Part shown: one piece after another, positions 46,341 to 62,896 of the stretch
How positions within the stretch are numbered: the first letter of the stretch is position 1
Layout of the letters: the number at the start of each line of letters is the position of its first letter
Assembly: GCF_009914755.1 (NCBI RefSeq)
Contig: NC_060927.1
DNA length: 64,000 nt
Reading direction: 5' to 3' (one strand)
DNA from: the human T2T-CHM13v2.0 reference genome, Homo sapiens
Translations under genes and position numbers: made by a program
The notes under the pieces: model-generated
The model's input: only the letters and a program-made list of their open reading frames with translations
Told to the model about the DNA's origin: nothing
The model's database searches: none

Positions 46341-49300
46341 ATGAAATATCAAAGTTCACAAACTATATATTATGTACTGTATATAAAATATCAAAGTACC
46401 CAAGGTATATATTCTATACTGCACAAAAAATATGAAATTACCCAAAGCATGTATTATATACTGTATATAAAATATGAAAGCACATCAAATATATATTTTA
46501 TTCTGTACATAAAATATCAAAGTACACCAGATATATATTCTATAGTGTACATAAAATATCAAAGTACCCAAACTATACATTATATACTGTATATAAAATA
46601 TGAAATTACATCAAATATATATTATATTAGGTACATAAAATACGAAAGTACATCAAATATAGATTATATACTGTACATAAAATATCAAAGTACCCCAATA
46701 TATATTATATACTGTACATGAAATATCAAAGTTCACAAACTATATATTATGTACTGTACATAAAATATCAAAGTACCCAAGGTATATATTCTATACTGTA
46801 CAAAAAATATCAAAGTACCCAAAGCATGTATTATATACTGTACATAAAATATGAAAGTACATCAAATATATATTATATACTGTACATTAAGTACCAAAGT
46901 ACACCAAATATATATTTTATACTGTACATTAAGTACCAAAGTTCACAAACCATACATTATATACTTTCCATAAAATATCAAAGTACCCATGGCATATATT
47001 CTATACTGTACAAAAGATATCAAAGTACCCAAAGCATGTATTATATACTGTACATAAAATATGAAAGTACATCAAATATATATTTTATTCTGTACATAAA
47101 ATATCAAAGTACACCAGATATATATTCTATAGTGTACATAAAATATCAAAGTACCCAAACTATACATTATATACTGTACATAAAATATGAAATTACATCA
47201 AATATATATTATATTAGGTACATAAAATACGAAAGTACATCAAATATAGATTATATACTGTACATAAAATATCAAAGTACCCCAATATATATTATATACT
47301 GTACATGAAATATCAAAGTTCACAAACTATATATTATGTACTGTATATAAAATATCAAAGTACCCAAGGTATATATTCTATACTGCACAAAAAATATGAA
47401 ATTACCCAAAGCATGTATTATATACTGTATATAAAATATGAAAGCACATCAAATATATATTTTATTCTGTACATAAAATATCAAAGTACACCAGATATAT
47501 ATTCTATAGTGTACATAAAATATCAAAGTACCCAAACTATACATTATATACTGTATATAAAATATGAAATTACATCAAATATATATTATATTAGGTACAT
47601 AAAATACGAAAGTACATCAAATATAGATTATATACTGTACATAAAATATCAAAGTACCCAAACTATACATTATATACTGTATATAAAATATGAAATTACA
47701 TCAAATATATATTATATTAGGTACATAAAATACGAAAGTACATCAAATATAGATTATATACTGTACATAAAATATCAAAGTACCCCAATATATATTATAT
47801 ACTGTACATGAAATATCAAAGTTCACAAACTATATATTATGTACTGTACATAAAATATCAAAGTACCCAAGGTATATATTCTATACTGTACAAAAAATAT
47901 CAAAGTACCCAAAGCATGTATTATATACTGTACATAAAATATGAAAGTACATCAAATATAGATTATATACTGTACATTAAGTACCAAAGTACACCAAATA
48001 TATATTTTATACTGTACATGAAATATCAAAGTTCACAAACCATACATTATATACTTTCCATAAAATATCAAAGTACCCATGGCATATATTCTATACTGTA
48101 CAAAAGATATCAAAGTACCCAAAGCATGTATTATATACTGTACATAAAATATGAAAGTACATCAAATATATATTTTATTCTGTACATAAAATATCAAAGT
48201 ACACCAGATATATATTCTATAGTGTACATAAAATATCAAAGTACCCAAACTATACATTATATACTGTACATAAAATATGAAATTACATCAAATATATATT
48301 ATATTAGGTACATAAAATACGAAAGTACATCAAATATAGATTATATACTGTACATAAAATATCAAAGTACCCCAATATATATTATATACTGTACATGAAA
48401 TATCAAAGTTCACAAACTATATATTATGTACTGTATATAAAATATCAAAGTACCCAAGGTATATATTCTATACTGCACAAAAAATATGAAATTACCCAAA
48501 GCATGTATTATATACTGTATATAAAATATGAAAGCACATCAAATATATATTTTATTCTGTACATAAAATATCAAAGTACACCAGATATATATTCTATAGT
48601 GTACATAAAATATCAAAGTACCCAAACTATACATTATATACTGTATATAAAATATGAAATTACATCAAATATATATTATATTAGGTACATAAAATACGAA
48701 AGTACATCAAATATAGATTATATACTGTACATAAAATATCAAAGTACCCCAATATATATTATATACTGTACATGAAATATCAAAGTTCACAAACTATATA
48801 TTATGTACTGTACATAAAATATCAAAGTACCCAAGGTATATATTCTATACTGTACAAAAAATATCAAAGTACCCAAAGCATGTATTATATACTGTACATA
48901 AAATATGAAAGTACATCAAATATAGATTATATACTGTACATTAAGTACCAAAGTACACCAAATATATATTTTATACTGTACATGAAATATCAAAGTTCAC
49001 AAACCATACATTATATACTTTCCATAAAATATCAAAGTACCCATGGCATATATTCTATACTGTACAAAAGATATCAAAGTACCCAAAGCATGTATTATAT
49101 ACTGTACATAAAATATGAAAGTACATCAAATATATATTTTATTCTGTACATAAAATATCAAAGTACACCAGATATATATTCTATAGTGTACATAAAATAT
49201 CAAAGTACCCAAACTATACATTATATACTGTACATAAAATATGAAATTACATCAAATATATATTATATTAGGTACATAAAATACGAAAGTACATCAAATA

Positions 49301-52300
49301 TAGATTATATACTGTACATAAAATATCAAAGTACCCCAATATATATTATATACTGTACATGAAATATCAAAGTTCACAAACTATATATTATGTACTGTAT
49401 ATAAAATATCAAAGTACCCAAGGTATATATTCTATACTGCACAAAAAATATGAAATTACCCAAAGCATGTATTATATACTGTATATAAAATATGAAAGCA
49501 CATCAAATATATATTTTATTCTGTACATAAAATATCAAAGTACACCAGATATATATTCTATAGTGTACATAAAATATCAAAGTACCCAAACTATACATTA
49601 TATACTGTATATAAAATATGAAATTACATCAAATATATATTATATTAGGTACATAAAATACGAAAGTACATCAAATATAGATTATATACTGTACATAAAA
49701 TATCAAAGTACCCAAACTATACATTATATACTGTATATAAAATATGAAATTACATCAAATATATATTATATTAGGTACATAAATACGAAAGTACATCAAA
49801 TATAGATTATATACTGTACATAAAATATCAAAGTACCCCAATATATATTATATACTGTACATGAAATATCAAAGTTCACAAACTATATATTATGTACTGT
49901 ACATAAAATATCAAAGTACCCAAGGTATATATTCTATACTGTACAAAAAATATCAAAGTACCCAAAGCATGTATTATATACTGTACATAAAATATGAAAG
50001 TACATCAAATATAGATTATATACTGTACATTAAGTACCAAAGTACACCAAATATATATTTTATACTGTACATGAAATATCAAAGTTCACAAACCATACAT
50101 TATATACTTTCCATAAAATATCAAAGTACCCATGGCATATATTCTATACTGTACAAAAGATATCAAAGTACCCAAAGCATGTATTATATACTGTACATAA
50201 AATATGAAAGTACATCAAATATATATTTTATTCTGTACATAAAATATCAAAGTACACCAGATATATATTCTATAGTGTACATAAAATATCAAAGTACCCA
50301 AACTATACATTATATACTGTACATAAAATATGAAATTACATCAAATATATATTATATTAGGTACATAAAATACGAAAGTACATCAAATATAGATTATATA
50401 CTGTACATAAAATATCAAAGTACCCCAATATATATTATATACTGTACATGAAATATCAAAGTTCACAAACTATATATTATGTACTGTATATAAAATATCA
50501 AAGTACCCAAGGTATATATTCTATACTGCACAAAAAATATGAAATTACCCAAAGCATGTATTATATACTGTATATAAAATATGAAAGCACATCAAATATA
50601 TATTTTATTCTGTACATAAAATATCAAAGTACACCAGATATATATTCTATAGTGTACATAAAATATCAAAGTACCCAAACTATACATTATATACTGTATA
50701 TAAAATATGAAATTACATCAAATATATATTATATTAGGTACATAAAATACGAAAGTACATCAAATATAGATTATATACTGTACATAAAATATCAAAGTAC
50801 CCCAATATATATTATATACTGTACATGAAATATCAAAGTTCACAAACTATATATTATGTACTGTACATAAAATATCAAAGTACCCAAGGTATATATTCTA
50901 TACTGTACAAAAAATATCAAAGTACCCAAAGCATGTATTATATACTGTACATAAAATATGAAAGTACATCAAATATAGATTATATACTGTACATTAAGTA
51001 CCAAAGTACACCAAATATATATTTTATACTGTACATGAAATATCAAAGTTCACAAACCATACATTATATACTTTCCATAAAATATCAAAGTACCCATGGC
51101 ATATATTCTATACTGTACAAAAGATATCAAAGTACCCAAAGGATGTATTATATACTGTACATAAAATATGAAAGTACATCAAATATATATTTTATTCTGT
51201 ACATAAAATATCAAAGTACACCAGATATATATTCTATAGTGTACATAAAATATCAAAGTACCCAAACTATACATTATATACTGTACATAAAATATGAAAT
51301 TACATCAAATATATATTATATTAGGTACATAAAATACGAAAGTACATCAAATATAGATTATATACTGTACATAAAATATCAAAGTACCCCAATATATATT
51401 ATATACTGTACATGAAATATCAAAGTTCACAAACTATATATTATGTACTGTATATAAAATATCAAAGTACCCAAGGTATATATTCTATACTGCACAAAAA
51501 ATATGAAATTACCCAAAGCATGTATTATATACTGTATATAAAATATGAAAGCACATCAAATATATATTTTATTCTGTACATAAAATATCAAAGTACACCA
51601 GATATATATTCTATAGTGTACATAAAATATCAAAGTACCCAAACTATACATTATATACTGTATATAAAATATGAAATTACATCAAATATATATTATATTA
51701 GGTACATAAAATACGAAAGTACATCAAATATAGATTATATACTGTACATAAAATATCAAAGTACCCAAACTATACATTATATACTGTATATAAAATATGA
51801 AATTACATCAAATATATATTATATTAGGTACATAAAATACGAAAGTACATCAAATATAGATTATATACTGTACATAAAATATCAAAGTACCCCAATATAT
51901 ATTATATACTGTACATGAAATATCAAAGTTCACAAACTATATATTATGTACTGTACATAAAATATCAAAGTACCCAAGGTATATATTCTATACTGTACAA
52001 AAAATATCAAAGTACCCAAAGCATGTATTATATACTGTACATAAAATATGAAAGTACATCAAATATAGATTATATACTGTACATTAAGTACCAAAGTACA
52101 CCAAATATATATTTTATACTGTACATGAAATATCAAAGTTCACAAACCATACATTATATACTTTCCATAAAATATCAAAGTACCCATGGCATATATTCTA
52201 TACTGTACAAAAGATATCAAAGTACCCAAAGCATGTATTATATACTGTACATAAAATATGAAAGTACATCAAATATATATTTTATTCTGTACATAAAATA

Positions 52301-52501
52301 TCAAAGTACACCAGATATATATTCTATAGTGTACATAAAATATCAAAGTACCCAAACTATACATTATATACTGTACATAAAATATGAAATTACATCAAAT
52401 ATATATTATATTAGGTACATAAAATACGAAAGTACATCAAATATAGATTATATACTGTACATAAAATATCAAAGTACCCCAATATATATTATATACTGTA
52501 C
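46341..52501. repeat. Three tandem copies of an A-B-C-B super-unit (2054 bp)
   Basis: Unit starts at 46341, 48395, 50448, next 52502. Spacings are 2054, 2053 (1-bp deletion near 49781) and 2054. Confidence 0.9.
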
Positions 52502-55500
52502 ATGAAATATCAAAGTTCACAAACTATATATTATGTACTGTATATAAAATATCAAAGTACCCAAGGTATATATTCTATACTGCACAAAAAATATGAAATT
52601 ACCCAAAGCATGTATTATATACTGTATATAAAATATGAAAGCACATCAAATATATATTTTATTCTGTACATAAAATATCAAAGTACACCAGATATATATT
52701 CTATAGTGTACATAAAATATCAAAGTACCCAAACTATACATTATATACTGTATATAAAATATGAAATTACATCAAATATATATTATATTAGGTACATAAA
52801 ATACGAAAGTACATCAAATATAGATTATATACTGTACATAAAATATCAAAGTACCCCAATATATATTATATACTGTACATGAAATATCAAAGTTCACAAA
52901 CTATATATTATGTACTGTACATAAAATATCAAAGTACCCAAGGTATATATTCTATACTGTACAAAAAATATCAAAGTACCCAAAGCATGTATTATATACT
53001 GTACATAAAATATGAAAGTACATCAAATATAGATTATATACTGTACATTAAGTACCAAAGTACACCAAATATATATTTTATACTGTACATGAAATATCAA
53101 AGTTCACAAACCATACATTATATACTTTCCATAAAATATCAAAGTACCCATGGCATATATTCTATACTGTACAAAAGATATCAAAGTACCCAAAGCATGT
53201 ATTATATACTGTACATAAAATATGAAAGTACATCAAATATATATTTTATTCTGTACATAAAATATCAAAGTACACCAGATATATATTCTATAGTGTACAT
53301 AAAATATCAAAGTACCCAAACTATACATTATATACTGTACATAAAATATGAAATTACATCAAATATATATTATATTAGGTACATAAAATAAGAAAGTACA
53401 TCAAATATAGATTATATACTGTACATAAAATATCAAAGTACCCCAATATATATTATATACTGTACATGAAATATCAAAGTTCACAAACTATATATTATGT
53501 ACTGTATATAAAATATCAAAGTACCCAAGGTATATATTCTATACTGCACAAAAAATATGAAATTACCCAAAGCATGTATTATATACTGTATATAAAATAT
53601 GAAAGCACATCAAATATATATTTTATTCTGTACATAAAATATCAAAGTACACCAGATATATATTCTATAGTGTACATAAAATATCAAAGTACCCAAACTA
53701 TACATTATATACTGTATATAAAATATGAAATTACATCAAATATATATTATATTAGGTACATAAAATACGAAAGTACATCAAATATAGATTATATACTGTA
53801 CATAAAATATCAAAGTACCCCAATATATATTATATACTGTACATGAAATATCAAAGTTCACAAACTATATATTATGTACTGTACATAAAATATCAAAGTA
53901 CCCAAGGTATATATTCTATACTGTACAAAAAATATCAAAGTACCCAAAGCATGTATTATATACTGTACATAAAATATGAAAGTACATCAAATATAGATTA
54001 TATACTGTACATTAAGTACCAAAGTACACCAAATATATATTTTATACTGTACATGAAATATCAAAGTTCACAAACCATACATTATATACTTTCCATAAAA
54101 TATCAAAGTACCCATGGCATATATTCTATACTGTACAAAAGATATCAAAGTACCCAAAGCATGTATTATATACTGTACATAAAATATGAAAGTACATCAA
54201 ATATATATTTTATTCTGTACATAAAATATCAAAGTACACCAGATATATATTCTATAGTGTACATAAAATATCAAAGTACCCAAACTATACATTATATACT
54301 GTACATAAAATATGAAATTACATCAAATATATATTATATTAGGTACATAAAATAAGAAAGTACATCAAATATAGATTATATACTGTACATAAAATATCAA
54401 AGTACCCCAATATATATTATATACTGTACATGAAATATCAAAGTTCACAAACTATATATTATGTACTGTATATAAAATATCAAAGTACCCAAGGTATATA
54501 TTCTATACTGCACAAAAAATATGAAATTACCCAAAGCATGTATTATATACTGTATATAAAATATGAAAGCACATCAAATATATATTTTATTCTGTACATA
54601 AAATATCAAAGTACACCAGATATATATTCTATAGTGTACATAAAATATCAAAGTACCCAAACTATACATTATATACTGTATATAAAATATGAAATTACAT
54701 CAAATATATATTATATTAGGTACATAAAATACGAAAGTACATCAAATATAGATTATATACTGTACATAAAATATCAAAGTACCCCAATATATATTATATA
54801 CTGTACATGAAATATCAAAGTTCACAAACTATATATTATGTACTGTACATAAAATATCAAAGTACCCAAGGTATATATTCTATACTGTACAAAAAATATC
54901 AAAGTACCCAAAGCATGTATTATATACTGTACATAAAATATGAAAGTACATCAAATATAGATTATATACTGTACATTAAGTACCAAAGTACACCAAATAT
55001 ATATTTTATACTGTACATGAAATATCAAAGTTCACAAACCATACATTATATACTTTCCATAAAATATCAAAGTACCCATGGCATATATTCTATACTGTAC
55101 AAAAGATATCAAAGTACCCAAAGCATGTATTATATACTGTACATAAAATATGAAAGTACATCAAATATATATTTTATTCTGTACATAAAATATCAAAGTA
55201 CACCAGATATATATTCTATAGTGTACATAAAATATCAAAGTACCCAAACTATACATTACATACTGTACATAAAATATGAAATTACATCAAATATATATTA
55301 TATTAGGTACATAAAATAAGAAAGTACATCAAATATAGATTATATACTGTACATAAAATATCAAAGTACCCCAATATATATTATATACTGTACATGAAAT
55401 ATCAAAGTTCACAAACTATATATTATGTACTGTATATAAAATATCAAAGTACCCAAGGTATATATTCTATACTGCACAAAAAATATGAAATTACCCAAAG

Positions 55501-57321
55501 CATGTATTATATACTGTATATAAAATATGAAAGCACATCAAATATATATTTTATTCTGTACATAAAATATCAAAGTACACCAGATATATATTCTATAGTG
55601 TACATAAAATATCAAAGTACCCAAACTATACATTATATACTGTATATAAAATATGAAATTACATCAAATATATATTATATTAGGTACATAAAATACGAAA
55701 GTACATCAAATATAGATTATATACTGTACATAAAATATCAAAGTACCCCAATATATATTATATACTGTACATGAAATATCAAAGTTCACAAACTATATAT
55801 TATGTACTGTACATAAAATATCAAAGTACCCAAGGTATATATTCTATACTGTACAAAAAATATCAAAGTACCCAAAGCATGTATTATATACTGTACATAA
55901 AATATGAAAGTACATCAAATATAGATTATATACTGTACATTAAGTACCAAATTACACCAAATATATATTTTATACTGTACATGAAATATCAAAGTTCACA
56001 AACCATACATTATATACTTTCCATAAAATATCAAAGTACCCATGGCATATATTCTATACTGTACAAAAGATATCAAAGTACCCAAAGCATGTATTATATA
56101 CTGTACATAAAATATGAAAGTACATCAAATATATATTTTATTCTGTACATAAAATATCAAAGTACACCAGATATATATTCTATAGTGTACATAAAATATC
56201 AAAGTACCCAAACTATACATTATATACTGTACATAAAATATGAAATTACATCAAATATATATTATATTAGGTACATAAAATAAGAAAGTACATCAAATAT
56301 AGATTATATACTGTACATAAAATATCAAAGTACCCCAATATATATTATATACTGTACATGAAATATCAAAGTTCACAAACTATATATTATGTACTGTATA
56401 TAAAATATCAAAGTACCCAAGGTATATATTCTATACTGCACAAAAAATATGAAATTACCCAAAGCATGTATTATATACTGTATATAAAATATGAAAGCAC
56501 ATCAAATATATATTTTATTCTGTACATAAAATATCAAAGTACACCAGATATATATTCTATAGTGTACATAAAATATCAAAGTACCCAAACTATACATTAT
56601 ATACTGTATATAAAATATGAAATTACATCAAATATATATTATATTAGGTACATAAAATACGAAAGTACATCAAATATAGATTATATACTGTACATAAAAT
56701 ATCAAAGTACCCCAATATATATTATATACTGTACATGAAATATCAAAGTTCACAAACTATATATTATGTACTGTACATAAAATATCAAAGTACCCAAGGT
56801 ATATATTCTATACTGTACAAAAAATATCAAAGTACCCAAAGCATGTATTATATACTGTACATAAAATATGAAAGTACATCAAATATAGATTATATACTGT
56901 ACATTAAGTACCAAAGTACACCAAATATATATTTTATACTGTACATGAAATATCAAAGTTCACAAACCATACATTATATACTTTCCATAAAATATCAAAG
57001 TACCCATGGCATATATTCTATACTGTACAAAAGATATCAAAGTACCCAAAGCATGTATTATATACTGTACATAAAATATGAAAGTACATCAAATATATAT
57101 TTTATTCTGTACATAAAATATCAAAGTACACCAGATATATATTCTATAGTGTACATAAAATATCAAAGTACCCAAACTATACATTATATACTGTACATAA
57201 AATATGAAATTACATCAAATATATATTATATTAGGTACATAAAATACGAAAGTACATCAAATATAGATTATATACTGTACATAAAATATCAAAGTACCCC
57301 AATATATATTATATACTGTAC

Positions 57322-58076
57322 ATGAAATATCAAAGTTCACAAACTATATATTATGTACTGTATATAAAATATCAAAGTACCCAAGGTATATATTCTATAC
57401 TGCACAAAAAATATGAAATTACCCAAAGCATGTATTATATACTGTATATAAAATATGAAAGCACATCAAATATATATTTTATTCTGTACATAAAATATCA
57501 AAGTACACCAGATATATATTCTATAGTGTACATAAAATATCAAAGTACCCAAACTATACATTATATACTGTATATAAAATATGAAATTACATCAAATATA
57601 TATTATATTAGGTACATAAAATACGAAAGTACATCAAATATAGATTATATACTGTACATTAAGTACCAAAGTACACCAAATATATATTTTATACTGTACA
57701 TGAAATATCAAAGTTCACAAACCATACATTATATACTTTCCATAAAATATCAAAGTACCCATGGCATATATTCTATACTGTACAAAAGATATCAAAGTAC
57801 CCAAAGCATGTATTATATACTGTACATAAAATATGAAAGTACATCAAATATATATTTTATTCTGTACATAAAATATCAAAGTACACCAGATATATATTCT
57901 ATAGTGTACATAAAATATCAAAGTACCCAAACTATACATTATATACTGTACATAAAATATGAAATTACATCAAATATATATTATATTAGGTACATAAAAT
58001 AAGAAAGTACATCAAATATAGATTATATACTGTACATAAAATATCAAAGTACCCCAATATATATTATATACTGTAC
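57322..58076. repeat. Singleton HOR variant F, 755 bp = 18 monomers (A/B* fusion)
   Basis: A-type monomers 1-8 run directly into the B-specific cattaagtacc at about 57657 and on through the rest of B*. Confidence 0.93.
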
Positions 58077-61000
58077 ATGAAATATCAAAGTTCACAAACT
58101 ATATATTATGTACTGTATATAAAATATCAAAGTACCCAAGGTATATATTCTATACTGCACAAAAAATATGAAATTACCCAAAGCATGTATTATATACTGT
58201 ATATAAAATATGAAAGCACATCAAATATATATTTTATTCTGTACATAAAATATCAAAGTACACCAGATATATATTCTATAGTGTACATAAAATATCAAAG
58301 TACCCAAACTATACATTATATACTGTATATAAAATATGAAATTACATCAAATATATATTATATTAGGTACATAAAATACGAAAGTACATCAAATATAGAT
58401 TATATACTGTACATAAAATATCAAAGTACCCCAATATATATTATATACTGTACATGAAATATCAAAGTTCACAAACTATATATTATGTACTGTACATAAA
58501 ATATCAAAGTACCCAAGGTATATATTCTATACTGTACAAAAAATATCAAAGTACCCAAAGCATGTATTATATACTGTACATAAAATATGAAAGTACATCA
58601 AATATAGATTATATACTGTACATTAAGTACCAAAGTACACCAAATATATATTTTATACTGTACATGAAATATCAAAGTTCACAAACCATACATTATATAC
58701 TTTCCATAAAATATCAAAGTACCCATGGCATATATTCTATACTGTACAAAAGATATCAAAGTACCCAAAGCATGTATTATATACTGTACATAAAATATGA
58801 AAGTACATCAAATATATATTTTATTCTGTACATAAAATATCAAAGTACACCAGATATATATTCTATAGTGTACATAAAATATCAAAGTACCCAAACTATA
58901 CATTATATACTGTACATAAAATATGAAATTACATCAAATATATATTATATTAGGTACATAAAATAAGAAAGTACATCAAATATAGATTATATACTGTACA
59001 TAAAATATCAAAGTACCCCAATATATATTATATACTGTACATGAAATATCAAAGTTCACAAACTATATATTATGTACTGTATATAAAATATCAAAGTACC
59101 CAAGGTATATATTCTATACTGCACAAAAAATATGAAATTACCCAAAGCATGTATTATATACTGTATATAAAATATGAAAGCACATCAAATATATATTTTA
59201 TTCTGTACATAAAATATCAAAGTACACCAGATATATATTCTATAGTGTACATAAAATATCAAAGTACCCAAACTATACATTATATACTGTATATAAAATA
59301 TGAAATTACATCAAATATATATTATATTAGGTACATAAAATACGAAAGTACATCAAATATAGATTATATACTGTACATAAAATATCAAAGTACCCCAATA
59401 TATATTATATACTGTACATGAAATATCAAAGTTCACAAACTATATATTATGTACTGTACATAAAATATCAAAGTACCCAAGGTATATATTCTATACTGTA
59501 CAAAAAATATCAAAGTACCCAAAGCATGTATTATATACTGTACATAAAATATGAAAGTACATCAAATATAGATTATATACTGTACATTAAGTACCAAAGT
59601 ACACCAAATATATATTTTATACTGTACATGAAATATCAAAGTTCACAAACCATACATTATATACTTTCCATAAAATATCAAAGTACCCATGGCATATATT
59701 CTATACTGTACAAAAGATATCAAAGTACCCAAAGCATGTATTATATACTGTACATAAAATATGAAAGTACATCAAATATATATTTTATTCTGTACATAAA
59801 ATATCAAAGTACACCAGATATATATTCTATAGTGTACATAAAATATCAAAGTACCCAAACTATACATTATATACTGTACATAAAATATGAAATTACATCA
59901 AATATATATTATATTAGGTACATAAAATAAGAAAGTACATCAAATATAGATTATATACTGTACATAAAATATCAAAGTACCCCAATATATATTATATACT
60001 GTACATGAAATATCAAAGTTCACAAACTATATATTATGTACTGTATATAAAATATCAAAGTACCCAAGGTATATATTCTATACTGCACAAAAAATATGAA
60101 ATTACCCAAAGCATGTATTATATACTGTATATAAAATATGAAAGCACATCAAATATATATTTTATTCTGTACATAAAATATCAAAGTACACCAGATATAT
60201 ATTCTATAGTGTACATAAAATATCAAAGTACCCAAACTATACATTATATACTGTATATAAAATATGAAATTACATCAAATATATATTATATTAGGTACAT
60301 AAAATACGAAAGTACATCAAATATAGATTATATACTGTACATAAAATATCAAAGTACCCCAATATATATTATATACTGTACATGAAATATCAAAGTTCAC
60401 AAACTATATATTATGTACTGTACATAAAATATCAAAGTACCCAAGGTATATATTCTATACTGTACAAAAAATATCAAAGTACCCAAAGCATGTATTATAT
60501 ACTGTACATAAAATATGAAAGTACATCAAATATAGATTATATACTGTACATTAAGTACCAAAGTACACCAAATATATATTTTATACTGTACATGAAATAT
60601 CAAAGTTCACAAACCATACATTATATACTTTCCATAAAATATCAAAGTACCCATGGCATATATTCTATACTGTACAAAAGATATCAAAGTACCCAAAGCA
60701 TGTATTATATACTGTACATAAAATATGAAAGTACATCAAATATATATTTTATTCTGTACATAAAATATCAAAGTACACCAGATATATATTCTATAGTGTA
60801 CATAAAATATCAAAGTACCCAAACTATACATTATATACTGTACATAAAATATGAAATTACATCAAATATATATTATATTAGGTACATAAAATAAGAAAGT
60901 ACATCAAATATAGATTATATACTGTACATAAAATATCAAAGTACCCCAATATATATTATATACTGTACATGAAATATCAAAGTTCACAAACTATATATTA

Positions 61001-62896
61001 TGTACTGTATATAAAATATCAAAGTACCCAAGGTATATATTCTATACTGCACAAAAAATATGAAATTACCCAAAGCATGTATTATATACTGTATATAAAA
61101 TATGAAAGCACATCAAATATATATTTTATTCTGTACATAAAATATCAAAGTACACCAGATATATATTCTATAGTGTACATAAAATATCAAAGTACCCAAA
61201 CTATACATTATATACTGTATATAAAATATGAAATTACATCAAATATATATTATATTAGGTACATAAAATACGAAAGTACATCAAATATAGATTATATACT
61301 GTACATAAAATATCAAAGTACCCCAATATATATTATATACTGTACATGAAATATCAAAGTTCACAAACTATATATTATGTACTGTACATAAAATATCAAA
61401 GTACCCAAGGTATATATTCTATACTGTACAAAAAATATCAAAGTACCCAAAGCATGTATTATATACTGTACATAAAATATGAAAGTACATCAAATATAGA
61501 TTATATACTGTACATTAAGTACCAAAGTACACCAAATATATATTTTATACTGTACATGAAATATCAAAGTTCACAAACCATACATTATATACTTTCCATA
61601 AAATATCAAAGTACCCATGGCATATATTCTATACTGTACAAAAGATATCAAAGTACCCAAAGCATGTATTATATACTGTACATAAAATATGAAAGTACAT
61701 CAAATATATATTTTATTCTGTACATAAAATATCAAAGTACACCAGATATATATTCTATAGTGTACATAAAATATCAAAGTACCCAAACTATACATTATAT
61801 ACTGTACATAAAATATGAAATTACATCAAATATATATTATATTAGGTACATAAAATAAGAAAGTACATCAAATATAGATTATATACTGTACATAAAATAT
61901 CAAAGTACCCCAATATATATTATATACTGTACATGAAATATCAAAGTTCACAAACTATATATTATGTACTGTATATAAAATATCAAAGTACCCAAGGTAT
62001 ATATTCTATACTGCACAAAAAATATGAAATTACCCAAAGCATGTATTATATACTGTATATAAAATATGAAAGCACATCAAATATATATTTTATTCTGTAC
62101 ATAAAATATCAAAGTACACCAGATATATATTCTATAGTGTACATAAAATATCAAAGTACCCAAACTATACATTATATACTGTATATAAAATATGAAATTA
62201 CATCAAATATATATTATATTAGGTACATAAAATACGAAAGTACATCAAATATAGATTATATACTGTACATAAAATATCAAAGTACCCCAATATATATTAT
62301 ATACTGTACATGAAATATCAAAGTTCACAAACTATATATTATGTACTGTACATAAAATATCAAAGTACCCAAGGTATATATTCTATACTGTACAAAAAAT
62401 ATCAAAGTACCCAAAGCATGTATTATATACTGTACATAAAATATGAAAGTACATCAAATATAGATTATATACTGTACATTAAGTACCAAAGTACACCAAA
62501 TATATATTTTATACTGTACATGAAATATCAAAGTTCACAAACCATACATTATATACTTTCCATAAAATATCAAAGTACCCATGGCATATATTCTATACTG
62601 TACAAAAGATATCAAAGTACCCAAAGCATGTATTATATACTGTACATAAAATATGAAAGTACATCAAATATATATTTTATTCTGTACATAAAATATCAAA
62701 GTACACCAGATATATATTCTATAGTGTACATAAAATATCAAAGTACCCAAACTATACATTATATACTGTACATAAAATATGAAATTACATCAAATATATA
62801 TTATATTAGGTACATAAAATAAGAAAGTACATCAAATATAGATTATATACTGTACATAAAATATCAAAGTACCCCAATATATATTATATACTGTAC
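58077..62896. repeat. Five tandem copies of the 964-bp A-B* unit
   Basis: Starts at 58077, 59041, 60005, 60969 and 61933 at exact 964-bp spacing, with identical translations. Confidence 0.93.
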
